DNA from: an uncultured delta proteobacterium
Lineage (GTDB): Bacteria; Desulfobacterota; Desulfuromonadia; Desulfuromonadales; JACZKF01
Direction of reading: 5' to 3'
NCBI GenBank assembly: GCA_963816395.1
Contig: CAWFKQ010000010.1
Span: 184,651 to 248,650, forward strand
Length of the DNA stretch: 64,000 bases
The notes below the pieces were generated by a model. It was not told where the DNA came from and did no database searches. It saw only the letters and a program-made list of their open reading frames with translations. Every line of letters starts with the position of its first letter. Positions within the stretch are counted from its first letter, which is position 1. Shown in pieces: positions 52,501 through 64,000 of this stretch. A program made the position numbers and the translations under genes.

Positions 52501-52739
52501 CAGGAAGAGCCAGTCGCCTGGGGAATCGCCAGATCGGTAAAGACGAGGGAAATCCCGTGCCGCAGGGAGAGATGGGCATCACTGAGGGTGACCGGTCGGG
52601 CCAAGGCGTCCGCCAGATTATCCTGCACCTGGATGCGATAGCGGTTGAGGTCGAAGGTGGCGATGAAGACCGCCACCGCCAGGAAGGCGGTGAACAGCAG
52701 GGAAATTAGGGCGAACAGTAAAGGGTGACGACGCAGCAT
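49596..52739 (-). CDS. AsmA/YhdP-like large periplasm-spanning protein
   Basis: N-terminal TM plus FDLNRYR, beta-rich body and AsmA_2-like C-terminus (P..TVDKII..IP..GWIL...F.ITG...NPEV). Confidence 0.8.
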   Translation of the reverse strand: MLRRHPLLFALISLLFTAFLAVAVFIATFDLNRYRIQVQDNLADALARPVTLSDAHLSLRHGISLVFTDLAIPQATGSSWSMEADRLFLKLEFRPLLQGRIVFSEILLNRPRLRLTWSPADSSPVLPSLPGSFAGRVGTLTILDGTAEVEDRRDPENPLPIALEAIKARLLDYAPNQSAWLTLSARLRQKERPAQIEMAGQITPAGDWRQTAVRIGLKITDLESMPLTHYAKPVVESAGGTLSLALDLAGSPATGLQVNADLVGKELTAALPGWYRQPIRIQRARFSATWSEGEKGHLLKNIATDVDGLACHGNLLWRRQTQGLWLEMDLATPPLPLPALLPLIPDRHPSTANWRGPLAEGTLQVDMLHFAGFAADLLSPGGDSHLQARFSARGINRQAASSHFSNLSLTATLNDDLLEIDGDGELLRAPVRFSGTVERPFSSRPEITAEAEGTIAADRLLAAIPNWSSPQLAVAGPIPLTLSLTGSPERLLADLHADLIKANASWGNALNKPAGLPASLFVTGAITPKRLELSLARLRFSPFELRARGDLERGGEQAFSLFLDLSGSDLKAAQVRLPLLARLRARGAVDVHYQLSGAGRQIRQAQGKARLRDIGLHFGTVIADLRQANGLLLLTGNRLEIKQLSAFLGTSPVTLSGSVADFAKPQADLRIRGRAVRANDLIFHSGQIMLRDLDGHLLIDGGGIEFAPATVRLDGGTRAIVRGTVKLVPQPEANLDIEAEKADIDKVIALWNGPPPRPATNRGKSGVTAQIRVRVGDGTLHGLHFRQAEGEIRYRRGVLTILPLSFWVGPGNCQGRVVVESDGAAPPMLRISGHMENVDAAAIYHDLLKKQGLITGALRGDFYLEGRAGREFLPTSLGGFSMEVSQGVLRKFQVLGKVFSLLNISQIFALRLPDMALEGMPFNRLSGNFALHRGILSTEDLFLDGNAMNLSLVGQTDLKTGQQDFLLGVKPLRTVDKIITRIPIAGWILAGEDKALITAHFHITGSADNPEVIPVPITSVSKKVLGIFRRVLGLPGKMIDDPEGLVR

Positions 52740-52805
52740 TGATTTTCACAGGTGGCGGGCAGGCGACAGAGCCTGTTTCGCCGGAGGAGAAGGCCTCGAT
52801 CTGGG

Positions 52806-53708
52806 CTATTCCTGCAAAGCACTTTTCCCCCGGGAGAACAACTCCAACATGGGAGTGGCCGGGAGGGCGGCCAGCACGGCAGCCAGATCTTCCGGCAAGG
52901 GACAGTTCGCTTCCAGCCGCGAGGCATCGAATGGGTTATTCAGGGCCAGACGGCAACAGTGCAGGAAAGGGTGGTGAAGGCACCGCAGGGCCGGTCCGCC
53001 ATAGCGCCGGTCACCGGCCAACGGATGCCCGGCGTCTGCCAACTGCCGGCGGATCTGGTGTGTGCGGCCGCTTTGTAACTCCAGTTCTAGCAGGGAATGC
53101 CCACCGCGGAGTTCCAGACACCGGAAGACGGTTGTCGCAAGTTTCAATTTGCCCTTGGCGGGCACCGGGGAGACAAGCCGTCCGGCCCCTTCGAGCCGCC
53201 CGGCGGCCAGCGCCACATACGTTTTTTCCACCTGCCCAGTCATGAACAACTCGCCCAAGGTGGCTGCCGCCCGCCGCCCCTTGGCGAACAGGACTGGTCC
53301 CGAGGTGCCGGCATCGAGGCGGTGCACCGGTGATAGGCGGTACGGTGCCCTTCTTTCCCGCAAAAGATTCCGCAGCCGGTCGGTCAGATTATCCTCCTCG
53401 TGTCCCAGGCCGCGGTGGACGGCCAGGCCCGCCGGTTTGTTAGCCACCAGGATTTCACCACTTTCAAAGAGGATCTCTACTCCGGAGGGAGCTTCGCTCA
53501 GAGAACGCAGCCGTTCGCTGTTTGGAAGTTGCAGTCGGTCGCCAGCTCGGACCGGGGTCTCCGCGGTTAGGGGGATCCCCTGCCGGCGAATTTTCCCCTT
53601 GCGAAATAATTGCCGCAGGTAGGCGGGCGGCGCGGTCGGGAGCCGCCGTGCAAGACACTCCAGAACGGCCAATCCTGCTTCTTCCCCGGAACAGAAAAGT
53701 TCAGTCAT
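52806..53708 (-). CDS. RluA-family pseudouridine synthase
   Basis: NKPAGLAVH, VHRLDAGTSG, GRTHQIR and GDRRYG. Confidence 0.92.
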   Translation of the reverse strand: MTELFCSGEEAGLAVLECLARRLPTAPPAYLRQLFRKGKIRRQGIPLTAETPVRAGDRLQLPNSERLRSLSEAPSGVEILFESGEILVANKPAGLAVHRGLGHEEDNLTDRLRNLLRERRAPYRLSPVHRLDAGTSGPVLFAKGRRAAATLGELFMTGQVEKTYVALAAGRLEGAGRLVSPVPAKGKLKLATTVFRCLELRGGHSLLELELQSGRTHQIRRQLADAGHPLAGDRRYGGPALRCLHHPFLHCCRLALNNPFDASRLEANCPLPEDLAAVLAALPATPMLELFSRGKSALQE

Positions 53709-53854
53709 CCGGACATCATACTCCGCGTGCCCGGGGCAGGCAAGATAGGAAATAAGCCTTGGGCATAAATGCTTTACATGCCCGGATGACCTTGATAACA
53801 TGACCGGCTATTAAACTTTCACGGCCTTTGCCGCTGGTGTGAATTGTCATTGCG

Positions 53855-56800
53855 ATGAAGATCAAGCGGGTCGAAATCGTCGGTTTCAAATCCTTTGTGG
53901 ACAAAGTCACCCTCGATTTTCAGGAGGGAGCCACTGCCATTCTCGGGCCTAATGGATGCGGCAAGAGCAATATTGTTGACGCCATCCGCTGGGCCATGGG
54001 GGAGCAGAACGCCAAGAACCTGCGCGGTCGCTCCATGGAGGATGTCATCTTCGGTGGCAGTGAGCGCCGAAAGCCGCTCGGAATGGCCGAGGTCTCCATG
54101 ATCTTCGCCAATGATGATGGACTGGCGCCACCCACTTTCCGCGAGTACCCCGAGATTATGGTTACCCGCCGGCTGCACCGCAGCGGCGAGAGTGAATACC
54201 TTCTGAACAAGACTCCCTGCCGTCTGCTCGATATTTCCGAGCTGTTCATGGACACCGGGGTGGGCGCCAGGACCTACTCGATCATCGAGCAGGGGAAAAT
54301 CGGCATGATTCTCAATGCCAAGCCTGAAGACCGCCGTTTTCTCATTGAGGAAGCTGCCGGGGTAACGAAATACAAGTCGCGGAAGAAATCAGCCCTGCGC
54401 AAGATCGAAGCAACCCGGCAGAACCTGCTGCGCCTGGGAGACATCGTCGCCGAAGTGCGCCGGCAGCTCGGAAGCCTGAAACGGCAGGCGCAGAAAGCTG
54501 AACGATTCCGCTCCTTGCGGGAGGAACTGCGGGATATCGAGACCCGTTTTGCCCGGGAGAAATATCGCGAATTGCAGGTGGCGGAGGCAGAGGTCGCCCG
54601 CCAGGAATCCTCCCGGCAGCAGCTGCTGGCGGGAGTGGCCGCTCAACAGGCGGAAGAGGAAACGCGGCTGGAGGAACTTCGGCTGCAGCAGGTCGTCCGG
54701 GAAAAGGAGATGGCACGGGGGCAGGAACAGGTTTTTCATCTCACTGCGGAGCTGCAGAAGGTTGAAGGGCGGCTGGAATTCGGTGCCCGCGAACTCGACA
54801 ACTTTGGCCGGCAGCGGGAGCGCCTGACAGCTGAACGGGGGGAAATCACCCAGCGCCTGACTGAGGTAGAGAAGGAAGAGGCGGGGCTGAAAGAGAACCA
54901 GTCCCGGCTCGGTGCCGACCTGGAAAAAGAGTCGCGGCGGCTGGCCGAAGGGGAGATCCACCTCGAGGAATCTGCCGGTCGCGAGCAGGAATTGGCTGCC
55001 CGTCTGGAATCCACTCGCGGCGCCCTTTATGGCCTGCTCACCGAGCTGTCCCGGCTCAACACCCGGCACGAGGATGTATTACGGCGGCTGCAGGGGCAGG
55101 TGGAACGCAGCAGCCGCAATCGCTCCGAGGCAGTCACCGGACGTGAACAGCTGACCGAAATCCAGGCGTTGATCGTTGACCTGGAGGACATCCTGCAGAA
55201 TTTTCGCGAGCGCCAGGCAGCCTTGCGACAGGAACAGGAGGTGCACCAGGAGCATTTGCGGCGGCTGCGACGGCAAGGGCGAGGAGAATGAGAATACCTT
55301 ACTGGTGCGCCGTGAGGAGTTCAATCGCCAGAGTTCCCGTCTTGAATCCCTGCGCCAGTTGGAACAGTCCCTGGAGGGATATGGGCGAGGGGTTCGAGTT
55401 CTTCTCGGGGAACCCACTTTTCGCTCCCGGTTCGCTGGTGTGGTCGCCGATGCCCTGGAGGTTCCCGCGCGCTATGAGGCGGCCGTGGAGGCAGTTCTGG
55501 GGGAGCACCTGCAGACCCTGCTCGCCGAGAACACGGAAACGGTTCGTCTCGCCCTGGACTTTCTCCGCCAGCAGGAAGGACGCTGCACTTTTCTCCTGCC
55601 TGGCGAAGATCGGCAGGATGCGATGACGGCGCCGGCCGGCGGCCGCCTGCTGGGAGAACTGGTGCAGGCCCGTTCGGTTCATGCCGAAGCCATTCGTGGT
55701 CTGCTTGGTGGTTGCTATCTGGTTGAGACACTGGAGCCCTTCCTGGCGGCTGGGCCGCCGGTCGGGACGATGGTGGTGACCGAGGCCGGGGAAATTCTCA
55801 CATGGCGTGGCGAAATCACCGGCGGTGGGCGGCAGGTGCTGGAGCATGGATTGCTGCACCGAAAGCGGGAGATGAAAGATCTGGCCGGACAGGTCGAGAG
55901 ACTGTCAGGCGATTTGGCAGGGCTGCAGGAACACCGTCAGGTGTTGCGGGAGGAGACCGCCGCCGCCGAGGAGGCACTGCGGGAAGTCGAGGCCGGCCTG
56001 CACCGCAAAGAAATCAAGATCATCGACAACGAGAAAGACCGGGAACGCTTGCAGCAGGAAGTCGAGCGGCTGCAGGAGCGGCTGGAAATTCTCAATCTGG
56101 AAGAAGATCAGCTCCACGGCGAGGAAGAGGAAATACAGCGCCAACTGGCGGAAGCCATCCGAGGACGGGAAGAGAGAGAAACGCAAAAATCCGGATTGGA
56201 GGGCGACGTCGCTCGTCTGCAGGAGGAAATACAGGGACTACGGCGGGATTCGGAAACCGTGCGGGAGCGGGTGACCGCCCTGAAGGTGGCGGTTGCCAGC
56301 CTGAGGGAAAGGGAAGAGGGGAATCGCCACAGCCTGGTTCGCCTGGAAAAACTTCGCCAGGAGTTGCAGGGAAGGCTGGTATTGATCAACTCCCGGGAGA
56401 GCGAGGGGGAGGAGGAACAGGAACGACTGATGGCCGAACGGCAACGGCTGCAGGCGGAATTGGAGGTGCTCTTTCAACGGCGGGAGGAGGAGAAGATCCG
56501 CTTCGATCGGCGGCGGGATGAGTTCGAAACTGGTGCCCGGGATGTCGAGCGACAGGAGGAGAGCCTGAAAACCCTGCGCAGCAGGGTGGGACAGGCCCGG
56601 GAGGAATTGGCGGCGCTGCAGCTCCGGCGCCGGGAACTGGATCTGGAAAGTGAGCATCTGCGCCAGTCCATCCTGGAGCGCTACCGGCTTGATCTGCAGG
56701 AGGCAGTCGAGCTGCCGGATGACTTCAATGCTGCCTGGGCGGAGCGGCGCCTGCAGGAGCTTCGCCGATCTGATCGACGATATCGGCGAGGTGAACCTGA

Positions 56801-57390
56801 CCGCCATCGACGAGTACCGGGAGTTGGAGGAGCGCTATCAGTTCCTCACTGCCCAACAGGAAGATCTGCGGCAGTCCCTGGAGGGGCTGCAGACCGCTAT
56901 CGGCAAGATCAATCGAACCACCCGCAAGCGTTTTCGCGAAACCTTTGATCAGGTCAACGCCAAGTTCCGTGAGGTTTTTCCCCGCCTTTTCAACGGTGGT
57001 CAGGCCGAACTCCGTCTGACCGATGAATCCGATCTGTTAGAAACCGGTATCGATATCATTGTCCAGCCGCCGGGGAAAAAGCTGCAAAACGTCAATCTCC
57101 TTTCCGGAGGGGAAAAAGCGCTGACGGCGGTCGCCCTGATATTTTCCATCTTTCTGATCAAGCCCTCCCCGTTCTGCATTCTGGACGAGGTCGATGCTCC
57201 CCTCGACGATGCCAACATCGGGCGCTTCAACGAGCTTATCCGGGAGATGGTGGCAATATCCCAGTTCATCATCATCACTCACAGCAAACGCACCATGGAG
57301 GTGGCCGATACCCTATACGGTGTGACCATGGAGGAGCCGGGGGTTTCAAAAATCGTCTCGGTGCGCATGAAAGATTACGCCGCTGCCTGA
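53855..57390 (+). CDS. smc: Chromosome segregation protein SMC (frameshifts ~55275 and ~56770)
   Basis: GFKSF, GPNGCGKSN, coiled coils, hinge, LSGGEK and LDEVDAPLD. Confidence 0.96.
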
Positions 57391-57406
57391 GCAGCGCAGG
57401 AGCGAG

Positions 57407-57766
57407 ATGCCATTCAAGATCATTCTAACGGAACTGGTTCAGAAAGTTCCCGGCGCCCTGGGAGCAGTCCTGGCCGATTGGGAAGGCGAGGCGATCGATC
57501 AGGTTGCCTGCATCGATGATTACGAACTGCGGGTGGTTGGCGCGCATAAAGGAATAATCCTGAGCAACCTGCGGGAGGTCGTTCGGCGTCTCGAGGGCGA
57601 TTGCCTGCGCGAGATCGTTATCACAGCTGAAAAAAATCAGACCCTCGTGCTGCCGATTACCGAGGAATATTTTCTCGTTCTGGTTCTTGAGCGCAGGGCC
57701 ATTCTCGGTCGAGCCTTATTCGAAGGCAGACGCTGCCTGTCCCGGTTGCACGCGGAAATAGCCTGA
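57407..57766 (+). CDS. Roadblock/LC7 (MglB-like) domain protein
   Basis: LVQKVPGALGAVLADWEGE...YFLVLVL...LGRA pattern. Confidence 0.75.
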   Translation: MPFKIILTELVQKVPGALGAVLADWEGEAIDQVACIDDYELRVVGAHKGIILSNLREVVRRLEGDCLREIVITAEKNQTLVLPITEEYFLVLVLERRAILGRALFEGRRCLSRLHAEIA

Positions 57767-57825
57767 AATTTTTCTGCTGTGAACAACTGGAATAAAGGCT
57801 GTAAATAAAGGAGAGTCGACTTCTG

Positions 57826-59011
57826 ATGGGAAATTTCTCCGAATGGATCAACCGCCTGGCGAACTTCCTGGTTCGCCTTGGGCTTCCCGAGCAGTATCGC
57901 CTGGTAGGGGCATGGGTTCTGCTCTATGTCGTTGCCACCCTGGTCATCCTGGGGTTCATCTATTTTCTTTTCCGGATGAGGCACCGGGGTGCCGCCCCGA
58001 AAAAAAAGATGCCGCCGCCGGAACAGGCCGCCGAAGAGGAAAAATCGGCCGAGGAGGCGGGCCCTGAATTTCCTCAGGCGCAACCCGGAACCGGCGGTCA
58101 GCCTGCTCGAGCGGATGCGGGCGGGGCTGGCGAAAACCCATTCTTCCCTGATCGGGCGCATTGATGCGCTCTTGATGGCGCACCGAACCGTCGACCAGGA
58201 GTTGCTGGAAGGACTGGAGGAGGTTCTGGTTACCGCCGATTTCGGTATGAAAACGACGCAGGAACTGATGCAGTCCCTGGGGAAGCGGCTGTCCGGGACT
58301 GCCGTTTCGCCGGAGACGCTGCGGCAACTGCTCAAGGAGGAGATCCGGGCGCGCCTGCGGTTGGAAGCTGCGCCGCTCGAACCGGAAGCCGCCGCTCCCT
58401 TTGTCATCATGGTGGTGGGAGTGAACGGGGTGGGCAAGACGACGACCATCGGCAAGCTGGCCTGGCAATTCGTACGCCAGGGAAAAAAGGTGGTTCTCGG
58501 GGCGGGCGATACCTTTCGGGCGGCGGCCGCCGAACAATTGACAATCTGGGGCGAGCGGAGCGGGGCCGACGTGATTCGGCATGGCGAGGGGGCCGATCCG
58601 GCCGCTATTGCCTTCGATGCGGTGAAAGCGGCGGTAGCTCGGCGGGCCGATGTGCTGATACTGGATACCGCCGGCCGGCTGCATACCAAGCTTAATCTGA
58701 TGGAGGAATTGAAAAAAGTCCGCCGGGTTCTCGATAGGGAAGTCCCCGGGGCTCCGCATGAGACACTTCTGGTCCTGGACGCCACCACCGGTCAGAACGC
58801 CCTGGTCCAGGCCCGTCTGTTCAAGGAAGCGGTCACCGTTTCCGGGATTGCCCTGACCAAGCTCGATGGTACTGCGCGCGGCGGAATGATTGTCGCCATT
58901 GGCAGCGAACTCGGCTTGCCGGTGCGGTTCGTCGGCATGGGTGAAGGGCTGGAGGATCTGCGCCCCTTCGATCCCGACCTTTTCGTCGAGGCTCTGTTCC
59001 AAAGAGCTTGA
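57826..59011 (+). CDS. ftsY: Signal recognition particle receptor FtsY with N-terminal TM segment (frameshift ~58070)
   Basis: [22 protein letters not shown] and TKLDGTA. Confidence 0.95.
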
Positions 59012-59074
59012 ACCACCTTGACTTTTGACGCTCAATTTCCTCTAGAATCGGTCTACAATGCATAAGGATAATTA

Positions 59075-59266
59075 ATGGATTTTGATCTCATCCAGCGGCT
59101 TGAACGGAAAATTGATCAGCTTCTGGAGCGAAATATTCAGCTGGAAGAAGAGAATCAGTGTCTGCTGGCCAGTAACCGGGAGTTGACAGCCGCACGCGAA
59201 CGTTTCCGGGCCGATTTGGACCGTATCTTGGCCAAACTGGGCTGTCTGGATCAGGAGAGGACTTGA
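59075..59266 (+). CDS. zapB: Cell division coiled-coil protein, ZapB-like
   Basis: 63-aa coiled coil (LERKIDQLL) overlapping the zapA start. Confidence 0.7.
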   Translation: MDFDLIQRLERKIDQLLERNIQLEEENQCLLASNRELTAARERFRADLDRILAKLGCLDQERT

Positions 59267-59583
59267 AACAAGCCGTCCAGGTTACAATTCTTGGACAACC
59301 TTATACTTTAAGGACGGAGGCCTCGCCGGCGGAAGTGCTGAAGGTGGCGGCTTTCGTAAATGAACAGGTCGGGGAAATCATGGCCGCTGGTCGGACGGCC
59401 GATACCCTGAATGCCGTGGTCCTCGCACTGCTGAATATGGGTGGAGCCTACCTTCGCCTGCGGGAGGGACAGCAAGAGAAGGACCAGGCGGCAGTGCGGC
59501 TGCAGCAGTTATTGACGCGCCTGGAAGACGCTTTGCCGGAGATACCGGCGGATCCGGAGGGCAACTGGCCGGGGAAGAATTAA
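59263..59583 (+). CDS. zapA: Cell division protein ZapA
   Basis: VTILGQPYTL, VAAFVNE and VLALLN. Confidence 0.88.
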   Translation: MKQAVQVTILGQPYTLRTEASPAEVLKVAAFVNEQVGEIMAAGRTADTLNAVVLALLNMGGAYLRLREGQQEKDQAAVRLQQLLTRLEDALPEIPADPEGNWPGKN

Positions 59584-59600
59584 ACGGATTCAGTTGATTG

Positions 59601-59896
59601 TGGCAACGATCTCTATCGGAGATGTTAAGATAGATTGGCAGATGGTTATGCGCCCGCAAGATTCGGCGCTTTTAAGGTTCGTAACGGCTTGGCCAGGTTT
59701 GTTTCATGCGAATAAACGGAATGCGGGGATCTGATGCAGGGGAGGCCTCCCTCGGCTTGTCCGGAAGAACAGCCGGCAATTCTCGTTGTCTGCCAATCGG
59801 CGGTATTCGCCCTGATCGCGTTTCGAACCGTGCCACCGGGCCTTCAGGTTCTTCAGCCTGACCTTCCTGTCTGTCTCCCTCCTATAGAGATCGCCA
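59601..59896 (+). ncRNA. ssrS: Structured RNA at the 6S (ssrS) locus, atypically long
   Basis: Lies between zapA and the 5-FTHF cyclo-ligase gene; closing stem CGATCTCTAT/ATAGAGATCG and inner stem GATTGGCAGA/TCTGCCAATC; G-U pairs favour the + strand. Confidence 0.6.
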
Positions 59897-59914
59897 TCAG
59901 ATGGGATCTCTGCC

Positions 59915-60526
59915 ATGTCGAAACATTCGCTTCGTTGTGCCAAGCTCGCCTGGCGCAAGCAACTGGCAAGCAGTAGCCATCAGTTGTGGAGCTTGCGCAT
60001 TCAGGGCGCCTTCCTCCGATTGCCGGAGTTTTCGACCGCATCCTGTCTCGCCCTCTATAGCCCCATCCGTAATGAGGTGTTAACCGGGGAGATCTTTCGC
60101 ACCGCCAGAGCCATGGGAAAGACACTGGCTTATCCACGGATTTGCGGCAATGACTTGGAATTTGCTGAAGTGACCGACCCTGTTGATCTGCATTCGGGTG
60201 CTTTCGGTATTCCGGAACCGGCCGGTGGTGCTCTTGTCCCGATCGCGGGTCTCGATCTGCTGGTAGTGCCCGGAGTGGCTTTTGATCTGACGGGACACCG
60301 CCTCGGCTACGGTAAAGGATTCTACGATCGGGTGCTGCACGATCCGGACAGGCGGTGCTTGCTTGTCGGCCTTTGCTTTGAGGAGCAACTGGTCAATCAG
60401 TTGCCTGCGGAAAACCATGATGTCCGGATGGATCTGCTGGTTACCGAACAACGCATGCTCCGCTTCGATCCCCCGTCGCCGCACGCAGCTCAACACCATT
60501 TTCAAGGAGGAGGAACCGGACTTTGA
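59915..60526 (+). CDS. ygfA: 5-formyltetrahydrofolate cyclo-ligase
   Basis: [32 protein letters not shown] and HDVRMD. Confidence 0.94.
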   Translation: MSKHSLRCAKLAWRKQLASSSHQLWSLRIQGAFLRLPEFSTASCLALYSPIRNEVLTGEIFRTARAMGKTLAYPRICGNDLEFAEVTDPVDLHSGAFGIPEPAGGALVPIAGLDLLVVPGVAFDLTGHRLGYGKGFYDRVLHDPDRRCLLVGLCFEEQLVNQLPAENHDVRMDLLVTEQRMLRFDPPSPHAAQHHFQGGGTGL

Positions 60527-62085
60527 AGATAGAACTGATTATGACATTAATGGTTGCGGCTCTGGTGGCTGGGGTGTTCATCGGCATGTTGCTGCGCCGC
60601 AAATTAGCCGAATCCCGCCTCGCTGATGCCGACAAGGTTGCTGCTCAGATAGTCGAAGAGGCAAAGAAAGACGCTGAAAATATTCGCAAGGAAGCAATTA
60701 TCCAGGCAAAGGACACGGTTCTCGAGGCAAAAACCGATTGGGAACAGGAATCTCGGGAATTGCGCCGGGAGATCCAGGCCCAGGAAAAACGGCTGGTGCA
60801 GAAGGAGGAGAACCTCGACCGTAAATCGATTGCCGTCGATACCAAAGAAGAAGAAGTCGGCAAACTGGAAAAACAACTTCTGCAGCAGGAAGAAAAACTC
60901 CGCTCGCGCGAAAAAGAGGTAACCGATCTGATCGAGGCCCAGACCGGACGCCTGGAGCAGATTTCTGGGATGAGTGCCGATCAGGCGAAAAGTCAGTTGA
61001 TGGAGATGATGGTCAGTGAGGCGCGCCATGATTGTGCCAAGCGCATCAAGCAGATCGAGGAAGAAGCTCGGGAAACGGCGGAGAAAAAAGGCAAAGAAAT
61101 CCTTGCTCTCGCTATCCAGCGCTATGCCGGTGATTTCGTCGCTGAGAAGACGGTCAGCGTGGTTCCCCTCCCCACCGACGAAATGAAAGGGAGGATCATC
61201 GGCCGGGAAGGGCGCAATATCCGGGCGATCGAGGCGGCCACTGGCATCGATCTGATCATCGACGACACGCCGGAGGCGGTGATCATCTCCGGTTTCAACC
61301 CGGTGCGGCGGGAAGTGGCTCGGATTGCCCTGGAGCGTCTGATCGCCGACGGGCGCATCCATCCGGCACGCATCGAGGAGGTCGTGGCCAAGGCCGCGGA
61401 AGAAGTGGACAAGTCAATCCGCGAAGCGGGTGAGCAGGCCACCTTCGATGTCGGGGTGCATGGCATCCATCCGGAGATTATCAAGCTGATTGGTCGGCTG
61501 AAGTACCGCACCTCCTATGGCCAGAATGTGTTGCAGCATTCCCTCGAGGTCGCCTTTCTTTGCGGCATTATGGCAGCTGAATTGGGACAGAACGTCAAAC
61601 AGGCGAAGCGGGCGGGACTGCTGCACGATATCGGCAAGGCGGTTGACCACGAAATCGAAGGTTCGCACGCCGTTATCGGTGCCGACCTGGCCCGCAAGTA
61701 TGGAGAATCGCCAAAGATCGTCCATGCCTTGGCCGCCCACCACGAGGATGAACAGCCGGATAGTATTCTGGCGATCATGGTGCAGGCCGCCGATGCCCTC
61801 TCTGGCGCTCGCCCCGGAGCCCGGCGCGAGATGCTGGAGACATATGTAAAGCGGCTTGCCGATCTGGAGCGGATTGGCACCTCTTTTTCCGGGGTTACCA
61901 GCTGTTTCGCCATCCAGGCCGGCCGCGAGATTCGGGTCATGGTTTCCAGCGAAGAGGTATCTGATGCCCAGTCGCATGTCCTCGCCCGGGATATCGCTCG
62001 CAAGGTGGAGGATGAAATGACTTACCCCGGGCAGATAAAGGTCAATGTCATCCGGGAAACCCGGGCCATCGAGTACGCCCGCTAA
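60523..62085 (+). CDS. rny: Ribonuclease Y
   Basis: N-terminal TM, coiled coil, KH domain ([13 protein letters not shown]) and HD domain (LLHDIGK). Confidence 0.97.
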   Translation: MKIELIMTLMVAALVAGVFIGMLLRRKLAESRLADADKVAAQIVEEAKKDAENIRKEAIIQAKDTVLEAKTDWEQESRELRREIQAQEKRLVQKEENLDRKSIAVDTKEEEVGKLEKQLLQQEEKLRSREKEVTDLIEAQTGRLEQISGMSADQAKSQLMEMMVSEARHDCAKRIKQIEEEARETAEKKGKEILALAIQRYAGDFVAEKTVSVVPLPTDEMKGRIIGREGRNIRAIEAATGIDLIIDDTPEAVIISGFNPVRREVARIALERLIADGRIHPARIEEVVAKAAEEVDKSIREAGEQATFDVGVHGIHPEIIKLIGRLKYRTSYGQNVLQHSLEVAFLCGIMAAELGQNVKQAKRAGLLHDIGKAVDHEIEGSHAVIGADLARKYGESPKIVHALAAHHEDEQPDSILAIMVQAADALSGARPGARREMLETYVKRLADLERIGTSFSGVTSCFAIQAGREIRVMVSSEEVSDAQSHVLARDIARKVEDEMTYPGQIKVNVIRETRAIEYAR

Positions 62086-62183
62086 TGCGGAATGAGGCTG
62101 GAGGTTAGAGGCTGTGGGATTTTATCTCTTGCCTTCCGTCTCAGCGCCTTTTTCCTGACCGACGCCTTTCAACGGAGTAAGGT

Positions 62184-62969
62184 TTGAACATACTTTTTAT
62201 CGGCGATATCGTTGGTCGAACCGGACGGCAGGTCCTGGCCGCCCGGCTTCACCGCCTGATCGACCGTCATCAGATCGATCTGGTGGTGGCCAATGGTGAA
62301 AATGCCGCTGCCGGATTCGGCCTAACGGCGGATATCGTCCGCGAGCTGTTCGATCTGGGTGTCGACGCCATCACCTCCGGGAATCATATCTGGGACAAGA
62401 AAGAGATTTATGACTATCTGATTGGAGAGCCACGACTGCTGCGTCCGGCCAATTATCCGCCCGGCCCTCCGGGCCGGGGTAGCGGCATCTTTTCAACCAG
62501 CGCCGGGCTCGAGGTTGGGGTAATCAATCTGGAGGGCCGGGTTTTCATGAGTAATCTGGAATGCCCCTTCCGTACTGCCGACCGGCTGGTTGAAGATCTG
62601 AGCCGGCGGACATCGATCATTCTGGTCGATTTTCATGCCGAAGCGACCAGTGAAAAAACCGCGCTCGGCTGTTATCTCGACGGTCGGGTCTCGGCATTTG
62701 TGGGAACTCATACCCATGTACAGACGGCCGATGAGCGAATCCTTCCCGGCGGCACCGCTTATCTGACGGATGCCGGCATGACCGGCAGTCGTGACTCGGT
62801 CATTGGCATTCGCAAGGAACTTGCCATCGAGCGGTTTCTCACACAGTTGCCAGTTCGTTTCGAGGTAGCGAAAAGGGCGCCGGTTCTCAACGGCATTGTT
62901 TTCACGATAGATCAGGCCTCCGGCCGAGCAACCGGAGTGCAGAGGGTTGCCGAGGAAATCGACCTGTAG
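62184..62969 (+). CDS. ymdB: YmdB/TIGR00282 metallophosphoesterase
   Basis: GDIVG, NGENAA, GNH, DFHAEATSEK and GTHTHVQT. Confidence 0.93.
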   Translation: MNILFIGDIVGRTGRQVLAARLHRLIDRHQIDLVVANGENAAAGFGLTADIVRELFDLGVDAITSGNHIWDKKEIYDYLIGEPRLLRPANYPPGPPGRGSGIFSTSAGLEVGVINLEGRVFMSNLECPFRTADRLVEDLSRRTSIILVDFHAEATSEKTALGCYLDGRVSAFVGTHTHVQTADERILPGGTAYLTDAGMTGSRDSVIGIRKELAIERFLTQLPVRFEVAKRAPVLNGIVFTIDQASGRATGVQRVAEEIDL

Positions 62970-63000
62970 TTTGCGCGCCGGTTCGCCGGTTGTCGGATGA

Positions 63001-64000
<1,000 letters not shown>

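Noticed and set aside
59704..59976. Short ORFs between zapA and ygfA
   Set aside because: They overlap the strongly base-paired RNA candidate and lack RBS or protein motifs.

Overview
GC-rich core-genome window of a Desulfuromonadales/Geobacterales-type deltaproteobacterium, probably Desulfuromonas-like. This is inferred from the eukaryote-type citrate synthase and the gene orders tsaE-lysC-cimA-comEA, dusB-ntrB-ntrC and smc-ftsY-zapBA-ssrS-ygfA-rny-ymdB-tyrS. It holds pyruvate dehydrogenase genes, a LonC-type protease, a TRAP transporter, ispE-tRNA-Gln-prs-rplY-pth-hppA-ychF-rpsF-rpsR-rplI-dnaB, gltA, a PKD-repeat lipoprotein and an AsmA-family protein. A ~10 kb cluster carries two sodium:solute symporter + DUF4212 small-subunit pairs, two CBS/DUF294 nucleotidyltransferases and an IclR regulator. 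I saw no mobile elements, prophage or CRISPR arrays. About 19 frameshifts, many in essential genes, point to an unpolished long-read assembly, so broken genes are reported as single CDSs. The best candidates for undescribed biology are (i) the duplicated symporter/nucleotidyltransferase module, including an in-frame TAG in one symporter, (ii) an oversized (~295 nt), multibranched RNA at the 6S locus whose 3' end can refold over the next start codon, and (iii) several small or degenerate uncharacterised proteins. All calls come from reading the sequence; no searches were run.
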